NCBI RefSeq assembly: GCF_006345805.1
Contig: NC_043005.1
Location: 28,272,001-28,336,000 of the forward strand
Length of the DNA: 64,000 bases
Direction of reading: 5' to 3'
DNA from: Octopus sinensis
Lineage: Eukaryota
In this document: positions 50,877-64,000 of the stretch, piece after piece
Numbering within the stretch: the first letter of the stretch is position 1
Layout: every line of letters begins with the position of its first letter
Made by a program: the position numbers and the translations under genes
Notes under the pieces: model-generated
What the model was told of the DNA's origin: nothing
Database searches by the model: none
Seen by the model: the letters and a program-made list of their open reading frames with translations, nothing else

Positions 50877-51751
50877 GAATAATAATGATAATATTAATAA
50901 CAATAATAATTAATACTGCTATTACTACTACTACTACTACTACAAATAATAATAATAATAATAGTAATAGTAATAATAATAATAAGCTCCAAGGTCTGCA
51001 AGCCTATGTCTAACTTGTCTTCAATTTCTGTGACAAAGGAAGCAAGTTCTTTTCCTGAAAAGATTTTAAAAAAAAATTTTTTTTATACATTTTAGGAGTT
51101 GGCTTGATGTGTATATGTTTGTGTGTGTGTGCACATGCGTGTTTGTGTGTGTATTGTGAAGACAATGAACAATAACAAAAAAGAAAAAACACAAGAGGGA
51201 CAAGTTTTAACAAATATTGTATCAATTTAACACTTAAAAAGGAAAGGGAAGAGCCTTAATATTTTGGGCACTGGTTCTTCATCAATTGAAAAGTACAGAT
51301 GAAAAGTAAGTGAGGAGTGTGAATGATGTAAAGTGGTTGAGAATAAAACAAATATGGTGGGAATGAGATTCTATGGGGAAGTTAAGAAGTGAGAAAGAGG
51401 TGGAGTGTCTCTGTGTGTGTGTGCATGTGTAGGAGTGTGTCTGTGTTTTGAGATAAGTATAAGTGGGGAATTCTTTGTGTGCATGTGTGTGAGTGTGTAG
51501 AAGTGTGCAAATATGGTAGTAGAGTGGCACAGGTTAGTGTGTATGTTTTGGTTAATGGAGTAGATAAGAGGTTGGAGTGGGTGTGAGCATGAAGTAAAAG
51601 AGAGCGCGAGAGGAATGTGAAGGATGTGATAGAAGTGTAATAGTCTGGGTATGAGATGGTGCAATGTGTATATATAAGAAAGACACATACAAACACATGT
51701 GTCTATGTGTGTGTATATATATATAAATGTATGTATGTATATATATGTATG

Positions 51752-51797
<46 letters not shown>

Positions 51798-51839
51798 CAT
51801 ATATATATATAGGAAGGGTTTATATCATTTAGATCAAAT

Positions 51840-52200
51840 AAAATTTCAGTGTTAAACCTTGGTTGTGATTTTTACATAATGTCAATAATGAGCTCTAGTT
51901 GTGATTTAGTATGAAATCAATAAACAAGCCATAGTTATGATTCAATATCAGTGTTAAACTACAGTTGTGATTTGATATAATTACAGTGAAAAATATGCCA
52001 TAGTTGTTAATAGAATATCAGTGCTAAATCTTGGTTGTGATTGAATATGGTATGATGATTAATGAATTTGAGTTGTGATTTAATATCAGTGCTAAACCTT
52101 GGTTGTGATTGAATATTTGTAATAAACCTTAGTTGTGATCTGATATAACATCAGAGGTATATAAATTGGTTGAGCTGATTTCAGTTCAATATTGGTTCTG
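51840..52200. repeat. Degenerate minisatellite of about 30 bp anchored on GTTGTGATT
   Basis: Repeated ATATCAGTG(T/C)TAAA...GTTGTGATT units. Confidence 0.7.
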
Positions 52201-54104
52201 ATTTTATCAACATCAGAATTAATATAATGACTCAACAGAGTTTAAACTTAGAATGTGAAAGGACATAGCTAAATACAGCTCCTCATAGGTCTGGTTTAGA
52301 AAAGAATTTGATCTGGGTTGTATGTTGGAATTACATGATAAATTTGATCTGAGATTATGAGTTGGGGTTACATGTTAATTTGATCTACGATTGTGTGTTG
52401 GGACTAAAAGCACAATCCTAGACTGTGTCTTTAGACAAAGCAAATACATCATGGTGGAGTGATTGCAGACATTTAAATAACTTATACTGTTATATTTACT
52501 GTTGATTTCTTATTATTTCGCAGTAATAATATTATCAATGTATAATTATTAGACATCTAAGTCTTTTGTTTTATGACCTGCTCCCTGATAATATGTTATC
52601 CTCACTTATTATATCCCCTGGTCATGAATACTTCACTGTATCACAGTTTGCTCCACCATTCTGTACTTGAATGCCTGGTACTTCTTTATATCTCAGTACT
52701 CTGTCACCACCAACACTAGCACCACCTTGTGGTATATGGCAGAAGCAAGAGAACACTACATGAAATGGTTTTATTCTCTCTACTCCATTACTTCAATAAA
52801 CCTCAGCTCAAATCTCACTAGGGTTGGTTCGTTTTCATTCCACTAAAGACTGATAACAAAACTCCCAGTAATACACTGGGGATTGTTCATTCAGCTATAT
52901 ACCCTCTTCTCCCAATCAATGTGTCACCATTTTCTAGTGTAAGAGTTCATTATTGTTCTCATTGCCTTTGCTACATTCACTCCACATCTACAGAATAGTT
53001 GTTTGGTGATTTGTCTAATGAGAACAATTAATGTTATTGATTCACATTTTTAATGATTTATGAGATTCAAATGTCAACTATGTATCAATTCTGAAATGCA
53101 TTCTGGAAGCTTGGTATTGTATATTTTATATCACAAATGACTTGGTGTGTGTCCTCAATACATGTAGTAGAGAATATATCTGTTTGGAACAGAGTTCTCC
53201 AAATGATCCATTTCTATTACTTTTTCAGCATTGATGTGTGTGTACACACACACATACACACACACACACACATACTACATGCATGCACATACATGCAAAC
53301 ACACACCACACACACACACACATGTGCATAAACATATATATATATATATATGTTGGTGTGTGTGTAGTTATGGCAAATGTTTGCTTGTTCATTAAAACTT
53401 CAAACCTGAAACAAAATTGAGAAACTCAATGTTTTTCCAAGCAACAGACATGTAACATTTTGTTCTAAAAACTGAATGCGACAAATGTGTTATATGATTT
53501 TCTCTGCATAAACAGAATGTAAAAAATTGCTCTTATTTAGAAGCATGTCAAAGAAAGAAAGAAAAGGAGAAAAAAAGCAACAAAAATCCTAAAATCAAAG
53601 AAATTTGTTGGAAACAGTTAAATGCTATTTATGGGTAGGAATTATTGCATTTGATTGATTTGTAATTTTTGGAAATATAACTAATAATTGGTGAGTTCTC
53701 TTCTAGCAAATAATCCATGAGAATGTCAAATAAACTGTCTTGTATATTACTTATGTCTACATGAAACTAAAGTAGTCTGGTGTTTTAAGTAGGTGAATAC
53801 ATATTTATATATTTACTGTTTTTTTTTACACATTACTCTTTCAAGTTTTAAGATTAATCAGGCTAGTTACCCAGTTTGTATAATGGATAAGTGATTGAGA
53901 TATCACATGATGCCACCATCCACCATCTAATGCAAGGTTTATCATCAACAGCCAAGTGGACTGGAGTAACTTGAAATGAAATGTTTTGCTCAAGAATACA
54001 ATGTATTGTCCAGCCAAGGAATTGAAATCATGGTGTTGTGATCATGAGTGCAACACCCTGGCTGCTAGGTCATGTGCCTTCACAACATATCTATAGAGAT
54101 GAAG

Positions 54105-54755
54105 GCAACAAACTGGCAGATTTATTAGTATGCTAGGCAAAATGCTTTGCAGTATTTCACCAGTGTTTATGTTCAGAGTTCAAAAACCAGTGAGGTTGGC
54201 TTTGCCTTTCATTGTTTTGGGGGTCAATAAAATATGAGCCAGTTGAGCATTGGAGGTCAGTGTAATTGATATACCCTCAACCCGAAATTGCTGGCCTTGT
54301 GCCAAACATTGAAATTAATATTTATATAAAGGTGCAGGCATGGCTGTGTGGTAAGTGGCTTGTTTCCCAACCACATGTTTTTGGGTTCAGTCCCACTGCG
54401 TGACACCTTGGGTAAGTGTCTTCTACTATAGCCCCAGGCCGACCAAAGCCTTGTTAGTGGATTTGGTTGACAGAAACTGAAACAAGCCTGTCATTTATAT
54501 ATATATGGTAGTGTGTGTGTGTGTTTGTGCATGTGTGTGTGTGTATTTGGGTGTCTGTGTTTATCCTCCCACCATCGCTTGACAACCAACATTGGTGTGT
54601 TTATATCCCCTTAACTTAGCAGTTCAGCAAAAGAGACTGATAGAAAAAGTGCCTGGCTTAAAAATGAATGTCCTAGGGTCAGTTTGTTCAACTAAAGGCA
54701 GTGCTCCAGCATGGCCACAATCAAAGTGACTGAAATAAGTAAAAGAATATAAAGA
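54105..54755 (+). mobile_element. SINE S2 (54105-54320) followed by SINE S1 (54331-54755)
   Basis: Both align to the family patterns described above. Confidence 0.85.
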
Positions 54756-54992
54756 TGATGAATAATTAAAACAAAATAATGAACAGAAGGTTTTGGTTTT
54801 GGCTTGAAGAAAGGCTATGAGTGTTGAGATATGCCAATATGTATGCATTCATGTGGCTGCACATGCTGTTATGGAGCTGTAAGAATAAATATATGAATAA
54901 GATTTATATATTATCAAAATATATAGGGAGAATCTAAAGGATATAAGAAACCACAGTATATACAAGATCATATTAAATTTAAATAACAATAT

Positions 54993-55184
54993 TCTTTTCT
55001 ACTCGAGGCTAAAGGCCCAAAATTAGATCAACACCAGTATGCAACTGGTACTTAATTTATCAATCCCAAAAGGATGAAAGGCAAAGTCGACCTCAGTGGA
55101 ATTTGAACTCTGAACATAAAGATGGATGAAATACTGATAAGCATTTCACCTGATGTGCTAACGTTTCTGCCAGCTCGCCGCCTT
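54993..55184 (-). mobile_element. SINE S2 with perfect 16-bp TSD
   Basis: ATTTAAATAACAATAT at 54977-54992 and 55185-55200; minus-strand head AAGGCGGCGAGCTGGCAGAAACG. Confidence 0.9.
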
Positions 55185-58117
55185 ATTTAAATAACAATAT
55201 CGACATGTGAATGTTTACAGGCACCATTAACATGACTGATAAACTTTTATATGGAATGATGAGAGGAATGGGATCATTTACTCATGTTTTAATGGTCTGG
55301 TGGAAAATGTGTGTGTAACCATTCCACATGGAGGACAGCATCAGACAGCAGGTTCTAATGTAAATGGAGGCATTAGTAAGATGGATAGACTGGATGGTTT
55401 TTAAGATAGCTGAATAACTCAGTAGAGAGGGATTAGCTTATTTAGGAGGATGTGATGGGGAATTAAAATATCAAAATATTTTTTACTGTGTTGGTGAAAG
55501 GAGTTTCTTTTCCAATGTTGGTTAAGGATAGATGTTTCAGCAATGAAAATGTATTTTAGCAAAAGCACAGTTTCAGTGTATAATGTTGCTCTGGAAAGGT
55601 TCTGTTTTAAGCTAGATCACTTTATATTCTAGAAGTCCAAAATAAAAGTTAAGTGTAAGGTAGCTTTGCTTTTATGTTGCTTTCGAAATGTATATATATG
55701 TTGGCTGTATCATATTTTGAATGTATTTTGAAGTGAAACCAACAAATGCTTAAGAATTATTAGTTTGTGTGGTGCACTTGTATACTATATTTTTAACTAA
55801 AAGGTTAGCATTTAAGGGACAATTTAGTGGGGTTTCTATTGAAGGGGCTATAGTTAAATTAAAACAGGTTATACCAAAGGATTTTTTTCTGACAAACTTA
55901 TTGACTATGTGGCTGAAGTGAACTCATTAATATTATTAATGATTAAGATTATTGTTTATGTTGTGAATTCTTACTCCACAATAGCATATAACATTTTAGA
56001 AAAAAAGTTCCACGTATATAAACACACACACACACACAACACACACACACACACACACACACATGCATAAATATGTCAGTGTGTTTATATACTTGTTATT
56101 TAACACAGATTTGTGAATTTGTTCAAATCTTTTGAACATTAAACACACACACAGCAACAACAACAACAACAACAACAACCAAACTTCTTTCATCAATGAA
56201 GATAATGTATATACAGACATTATACTTTCATTAGATATTCGTCTTTGATTGACATGATTAATCTTGCCTCCAAGAAAAAGAAAATGAAGAAACTATTGGA
56301 TGTCATCTCATAAAGAAGTGTTTCGTATAATCTTACAGGTAAGTGACATCCCCCGACCCCCACCCGAATATTTTTTAACCAATTTCTTGTGCTGTATTCT
56401 TGTTGCTTATGTAAATGATTGTCACTCAGCTGACTGTTGTGATGATAATGATAATAATGATAATAATAATAATTCTTGAAAAAACTTCCAACTGTGACAG
56501 TTATTTGGTCTGTTTTCAGCAGTATTCACTCTGTATGTTTTTTTAAAAATTTATTAAAGTTAATTAAGATTCTTATCCTTCATGTAAATAAAACAGACAA
56601 AATAATAAATAAAATTCTGTAAAAGTGACTAAGATGTCCTTTCCCCTGCAAGTGGAAAGTTGAGATGAAAAATATTCAAAAATATCAGTGACAAAATAAT
56701 AATGATGGCCAAATTTCTAAAATAAAACTGCTTGATGAAAAATTTTTTAAAATATGATTTTAAAAATTAGAATAATGCGATTGAATCCTGTCCAAATCAA
56801 CTTCATTTTTCTCTGATTGTTTAAATAATTAATTATTCCTAAAAAATAAAACTGCTAAAAGCTGATGAAATCGGTGAGGGTTAAACTGTGTAACAAGAAC
56901 AGAATTCAATTTCTCACCTCTGTGGATTCAAACTAGTCACTGCCGACAGATGGAAAACATTGAAATAAAGCTACATGATTCCCGTTCCAAATGTGTTTTG
57001 AGTATTTCTTTATTTGGTTATAAATCTATCTCTGTGCAGTTCCAACTGATTATTCTTTCTCTGTCTTAATGAATGTGAGTAACCATGCAGAACCTGCTCT
57101 GCTCCACTCCTCATCTTGTATAAAGCCAAACCCCACTTCTCCCTTGTGGCTCGTTGTCAGGAGAGCCGCACAACAACCTCAACAGTGCTGTTGCCACTAA
57201 GAATGCACCCAGTATATTCTGTAAAGTGGTTGGTGTTAGAAAGCATATCCAGCCTTAGAAAGCAGGCTGAAGCATACATTGGAGAGAGTGATTCAATCCC
57301 TGGACCCCCCACTGGATCTTGTTAAACCATGCAATCCATACCAACATGGGACATGGACATTAAATAATGATGATGATAATACTGTATTTGAAGGCATTAA
57401 AGCTTGTATGAGGCTCAACTTTGCATATTGGATCCAGAGTGATTTTTTGAGCCATCTATGTGGAAAAATAGTGCTTTTTAAGTACCATCAAACACGGTAT
57501 TAAATTTCTACCAATGGCATATTTATATTTATATTCCCTGGTATTATCCTCTCCCTATTCCCCATCTGACCCATTTTCCCTCCCCTTATAGTGTCTACTC
57601 TGTTCTTTCCACAACCTTCCTCTCACCACCACATATCAGTGTCTCTCTTCATACTTTAATCTCTCTCTCTCTTTTTCAATTATAGTGACCTTTTTAAGCC
57701 CTTTGTCTTACATGATGCATGACCATCATCATCATCATCATCATTTTGACATCTGTTTGTATGTTTGCATTGGTCAGACAAAAGAATGTCGGAGCAAAGT
57801 CTTGTACACCTCAATGCCTTTCCTGTCATCAAGTGAAGTAATAAATCTTCCAGTCTGTTGAACAACAAACAGCTTGAACATGTTTTATGTGGAGAACTAA
57901 AAGCAAATCAAAGCCATACGAATGATCTTTCTGTTTACAAAGGCTGCTCAACATCTCAACAGCCCAGACATACTTTCGCAGTGGAGTGCAAACAAATGAC
58001 ATGAAAATCAAAGCCATTGTTTACAACCAGCAAGTGAACACACATGAAGATGAAGGGAATACAATCTTATACAAGCATGCACACACACCTGCATATATAT
58101 ACACACACATACACACC

Positions 58118-58223
<106 letters not shown>

Positions 58224-58299
58224 TGTATGTATCTCTTTTGCCGCAGCACACTTGTTTCTATCCTCATTCTTGATCTCTCCACTCCCTACCCACCCCTGG

Positions 58300-58626
58300 C
58301 CGGGTAACCTTGTACCTCCCCTACAGCAAGACACCTGTTTCTGTCTCTCTGTCCCACTATAACCTTTCATCATCTGACACAAGATCACCTCCTCCAATGC
58401 CCCATCCCCTCTTGAAAGTTTTTCTTTGTCTTGCAAGTACTTGGTGACCTTGCCTGTGCTTGTGCCATGTAAAACGCTGAGTGGTTGGTGTTAGGAAGGG
58501 CATCCAACTGTAAAAATCCTGTCAAAACAGTCACAGAAGTCTGCCTGACTGGTTCCTGTCAAAACATTCCACCCATACCAGCATGGAAGACAGATGTTAA
58601 ATGATGATAAGGATGATGATGATGAT
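58300..58626 (+). mobile_element. SINE S4, long form
   Basis: Same body and (GAT)n tail as 1-221; an inverted equivalent lies at 61198-61555. Confidence 0.7.
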
Positions 58627-58649
58627 GAAATATATATATATATATGTAA

Positions 58650-59288
<639 letters not shown>

Positions 59289-60232
59289 TTAGTGGAGGGG
59301 AGGTATGACAATGAGCTCAGGGCGAACCTGGGCATCGATGAGGAATACCTGACCCACCTGTTCAAGATGACTTCCGGGCTGAGACCTATGGACAACTTCC
59401 AGGGAGCCCTGGCCTGACAGTGCTATTGAGAAGCGCTACCCGTTCAAGATAAGCTCTACAGGCATGGCTCAAGAAACACAGGGCTGACCTGTCCGAGATG
59501 CAGTCAGAGTGACAAAACAGTCCTGCATGAACTCGTACAGTGTCCAACCCTTTCCGACCTGTGGACCTATGTCGAATGACTGCTATCGCGTGTGGGATGA
59601 GTCAGTTTATCAACCGAGTCTATCGTGAATATTGTCGCGCCTCCTTCCTTGAAATGGGATGAAAGAGCCATTTTCATCGTACTTGTAGCTATGGCGAAAG
59701 AATGTGTATGGTGGATGCGCCTGTAAGGTCTAGAGACAAACACTTTCCACTCTGATCAATCTCTCATCAACTTGAAGAGGAAGGTGAGAGTAGAGAGGGA
59801 AGTTTTGTCTAGTGAATGTTTCAAACAAAGATGGGTGAATGTAGCAAGGATGGCACATGTGAATGACGGAGCCAGCTTAAGCATAATCCTATGAGCCAAA
59901 AGCGAAAAAAAAAAACGAAAGGAAAAAAGTGACCCACTTACTGTAAGTGTTTTCTTTTTGAATGACACTATTGCCCAAGGTTCCCGTGGTCTTTTCCGTA
60001 GGCCTTGCTATCCATGGACAAACCTAATCTGTTTTCCCTTTTTGCATTAACATTTCTGTGATAGATGATCCCTATTGATCAGCCCCACTTTTTTTTTTCC
60101 ACGATCCCTTTTGATCGGAATTCACCCCCCCACCTTTTTCTTTTTTTATTCCGCTTGTTTTCTTCCCCAAAAGAAAAGCTTTACTTTGTATTTTGTCCCT
60201 TCTGTGATTAGCCCTGCATGGCCAATAAAGAA
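59289..60232 (+). mobile_element. Tx1/L1-clade LINE: ORF2 C-terminus (zf-RVT) plus 3' UTR
   Basis: A single frame 59313-59894 with in-frame stops reads ...LA*QCY*EALPVQDKLYRHG...TCPRCSQSDKTVLHELVQCPTLSDLW...VAMAKECVWWMR...FKQRW...IIL* (CPRC..H...CP zinc finger). AATAAA at 60224. Confidence 0.85.
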
Positions 60233-60233
60233 A

Positions 60234-60265
<32 letters not shown>

Positions 60266-60373
60266 GCAAGCTCTACCTATCTATGTATCTATCTACCTAT
60301 CTCTGTATCTATCTACCTATATATGTATCTATCTACCTATCTATCTACTTATCTATCTATCTACTTATCTATC

Positions 60374-60416
<43 letters not shown>

Positions 60417-60434
60417 TTATCTATCTATCTATCT

Positions 60435-60730
60435 AAGAAAAAGAAAAGGAAAAAAGAGAGCCACTTACGGACAAACCTAATCTGTTCTCCCCTTTTACAT
60501 TGACATTACTGTGATACATGATCCCTATTGATCGGCCCCACTTTTTTTTTTCTTTTCCCTGTGATCCCTTTTGATCGGAATTCGCCCCCCCCTTTTTTAT
60601 TCTTCTTTTCATGATTCCTTTTGATTGGAATTCGCCCTTTTTTTTCTCCTCTTCTCTTCTTCCCAAGAAGAAAAGCTCAACTTAGTATTTTGTCCCTTCT
60701 GTGTTTAGCCCTGCGTGGCCAATAAAGAAA
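60435..60730 (+). mobile_element. Second, 3'-UTR-only copy of the same Tx1 family
   Basis: GGACAAACCTAATCTG...TTTTGTCCCTTCTGTG..TAGCCCTGC.TGGCCAATAAAGAAATCT duplicates part of 59895-60232 with clear divergence. Confidence 0.85.
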
Positions 60731-60803
60731 TCTATCTGCCTGTCTCTCTATCTATCTAGCTGTCTGTCTGTCTATCTATCTTTCTATCTATCTATCTATC
60801 TAC

Positions 60804-60834
<31 letters not shown>

Positions 60835-60919
60835 CCTAGCTGTCTATTTGTCTATCTGTCTATCTATCTGTCTGTCTGTCTGTCTGTCCATCTCTCTATC
60901 TATCTAGTTGTCTGTCTGC

Positions 60920-60974
<55 letters not shown>

Positions 60975-61101
60975 CTATCTATCTATCTAGCTAGCTAGCT
61001 GTCTATTTGTCTGTCTATCTATCTGTCTGTCTGTCTGTCTATCTTTCTATCTACCTACCTATCTAGCTGTCTGTCTGTCTGTCTATCTATCCATCTATCT
61101 A

Positions 61102-61143
<42 letters not shown>

Positions 61144-61195
61144 GATCACTATATCTATCTATCTATCTATCTATCTATTTATCACTATATATATA
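60731..61195. repeat. Long compound (CTAT)n/(CTGT)n array (another at 60233-60434)
   Basis: Directly visible. Confidence 0.95.
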
Positions 61196-61197
61196 AA

Positions 61198-61555
61198 ATC
61201 ATCATCATCATCGTTTAATATCCATCTTCCATGCATGCATGGGTAGGATGGTTCATAGGAACTGGCCAGGTAGAAAAACTGCTCTATGCTATTGTGTCTG
61301 TTTTGGCAGGGTCTTTGCAGCTGGATGCCCTTCCTGTCACCAACCACTCAGCAGAGTGACTTCGTGCTTTTACGTGGCACAAGCACTGGTGAGGTCAGTT
61401 TTGGTAAGGTTTTTACAGCTGGCACCAGCACTGACAGGCAAGGTTTTTAAGTGGCACCAGCACTGACAAGGTCACCAAGTAACTCATAAGACAAGCAAGT
61501 ATGAGGGCATTTGAGGAGGGGAACTTGTGTTAGAGGATGGAAGGTTAGAGTGTAA
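61198..61555 (-). mobile_element. SINE S4, long form
   Basis: Starts (CAT)n CGTTTAATATCC...; GCTGGATGCCCTTCC...CCAACCACTC is the reverse of the S4 body. Confidence 0.75.
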
Positions 61556-63000
61556 ATTAAAATGTTATATCTGCCAATCCAATATTTTAATGTATGATAA
61601 AGCAAAATGTATGAAATGGCCAAATATATAGCGGCATTTTGCCCCGTCTTTATATTCTGAGTTCAAATTTCGTTAAGGTCAACTTTGCTTTTCATCCTTT
61701 CAGGGTCGATAAAATAAGTACCTGTTGAACTCTGAAATCGCTGTAATCGACTCATCTCTATCCTGAAGTAGCTGGCCGTCTGCCAAAATTTTGAAATCAA
61801 TAGGTTAATGAATGACCTATAGCAGTGCAAGGGAAACAACTCCTTAACAGATCTTTTATGAATTTTTGCGCTTTTAATTTACTGTAAACGTTTGAGGTCT
61901 AATTAATTGTATATAAATTATGTCTGAATTTTTAGTTTTAGTTTCATTATCTAATTTTCATTTTTTTTTTTTCACTTTTGTCTCGATGTTAGAGACCAAT
62001 ATTTAAAAAAAAATTGGCTGGTGTATAATGATGAACCAATGAATTTGCAGCAGGAATTTTGAAAGACAAATTTTTCATTAGTGGAGGATAAACTAAAATT
62101 AAACGGTAAATAAACCAGTATTTGATGCCATGTACTTATACATTAGGCAAAGCAAAAGAATATTAAAGGAGTAAACCTTAAAGAAAGGAATTACTGTATA
62201 TACCGGCGTATAAGATGCACTGTCACACCAGGTATATTCCTATTTACAACTATATATTGTGGGGGAAAAAAAACAAACAAAACAGTTTAAGGTTTCGTCA
62301 TACCCTTATTGGAAGATACTTTAAAGCGGTTTTGTGGAGGTGGAATACATGATTCTTTGCTTGTAACTATAATATTGGTACAGTATATGGGATAAAGTAA
62401 AAAACCATAAATCTCTTGTGAATAAACTATGCTATGGGAGTTCTGTATTTCAACTTTATCCTTTTGCATTTATATTTTAGGGAAGGTAATTGCTATCTTG
62501 GCTGTAAAGCTCGTAATTCTGACTGATTGGCATTTCTCTACTGTGGTTTTGTGTCATCTACTCATTGCAAATTGCTGACAGGTGGATGAAAGTTTAATGT
62601 TCTTCTCGTCTTAGAAAATAATTCATTTAGATAATTAAAAAAATTTAACCATCATTAACTAATGCAAGACAAATATTAGGTGTGGGTTATGTATATCAAA
62701 GAAGGAAGTAGGAAGAGAAGTGACTTCTTCAATGTAAGAAACTTTTAGGAAGTTTTCACTCACAGTCTCTGATAATTTAGTTTCTTTTCAGTATTTCACT
62801 ATTACTAAAAATTATTGTACCTAGTGGACTTAGGTTCAATCGACTTCCTAACCTATGGTACTCTATCACCCATTATCATCAATAATAACACAACTGTTTT
62901 AGAGGTAGAACAATGTTTTGGGATTTCAAGAATAGAAAAGTGTTTCTTACAGTAATTACAGTATATCCAAAAACAAAAAGACAAAAAAAAATAATAAATA

Positions 63001-63395
63001 GGCGCAGGAGTGGCTGTGTGGTAAATAGCTTGTTTACCAACCACATGGTTCCGGGTTCAGTCCCACTACGTGGCACCTTGGGCAAGTGTTTTCTACTATA
63101 GCCTTGGGCTGACCAAAGCCTTGTGAGTGGATTTGGTAGACGGAAACTGAAAGAAGCCCGTCATATATATGTATATATATATATGCGTCTGTGTGTTTGT
63201 TCTGTGTTTGTCCCCATAGCATTGCTTGACAACCGATGCTGGTGTGTTTATGTCCCCGTTACTTAGCGGCTCGGCAAAAGAGACCAATAGAATAAGTACT
63301 GGGCTTACAAAAGAATAAGTCCCGGGGTCGAGTTGTTCAATTAAAGGCAGTGCTCCAGCATGACCGCAGTCAAATGACTGAAACAAGTAAAAGAG
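63001..63395 (+). mobile_element. SINE S1, full length, young-looking
   Basis: Complete head to tail with many CpGs retained. Confidence 0.9.
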
Positions 63396-63692
63396 AGAAA
63401 GAGAGAGAGAAATAAAATAGAAAAAGCACTCGTGAAAAGTTAAGAGCATACAGCTTAAATAGCAACATTAGTAAATCCCAACTGCAAGATAATCAGTTAG
63501 GGATTACAGGTGAGCCACCATGGTTTCACATGATTGATTTATAAACCAACCAATCAGTTGCCAGATCAAGATTGGAGCCTGGTGCAACCAGCTGGAGCAC
63601 ACAACGCTGGTCTTCAACAATCCACACCAACAAGCAACCACAATGGCAATGGCAACAAAGCTTTCTTCATGGCAATATTATTTAATGGCAGC

Positions 63693-64000
63693 TAAGGCAG
63701 TGAGCTGGTAAAATTGTTAGCATGCCAGACAAAATACTTAGTGACATTTTGCTTGTCTTCACGTTCTGAGTTCAAATTCTGACAAGGTTGACTTTGCCTG
63801 TCATCCTTTTGGAGTTGATAAAATAAGTACCAGTTCAGCACTGGGGTCAATGTAATGAACTTCTTCTGCTCCCAAAATTTCAGGCCTATTGTGGAAAGGA
63901 TTATTTACTCATAGTCAGCTGGCAGAACCGTTAACACACTGGACAAAGCGCTTAGTGGCATTTTGTCCATCTTCACATTCTGAGCTCAAATTTCTCAAAG
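63693..64000 (+). mobile_element. Two tandem SINE S2 copies (second runs off the window)
   Basis: GCTGGCAGAA / GAG(T/C)TCAAATT pattern repeated. Confidence 0.8.

Noticed and set aside
63500-63522. GGGATTACAGGTGAGCCACCATG resembles the end of a primate Alu
   Set aside because: A match of about 23 nt with a gap and no flanking Alu sequence; treated as chance.

Overview
AT-rich, microsatellite-dense metazoan genomic DNA with no intact protein-coding gene that I can support. Almost all entries in the ORF track are translations of (TA)n/(CA)n/(CTAT)n arrays or SINE bodies. The tRNA-derived SINE families look like those of octopus genomes; this assignment is from memory, not a search. The window appears to be intronic or intergenic and is built largely of transposon debris: at least six SINE-like families (my labels S1-S6), remnants of a Gypsy pol, two CR1 3' ends, RTE 3' ends and a Tx1/L1 ORF2 3' end, internally deleted mariner and Tc1 elements, piggyBac- and pogo-type MITEs, a DINE-1/Helentron-like element and two Helitron-like elements. 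The most interesting signal is a four-copy tRNA-headed element whose 3' part reconstructs to a minimal type I hammerhead ribozyme of the Penelope-associated kind. Every copy carries an inverted copy of its own 3' end, so each insertion has two outward-facing tails. Other notable structures are several long palindromes, a Tx1 LINE that may target (CTAT)n arrays, and a few weak splice-bounded exon candidates. Coordinates were counted by hand; repeat boundaries may be off by a few bases.
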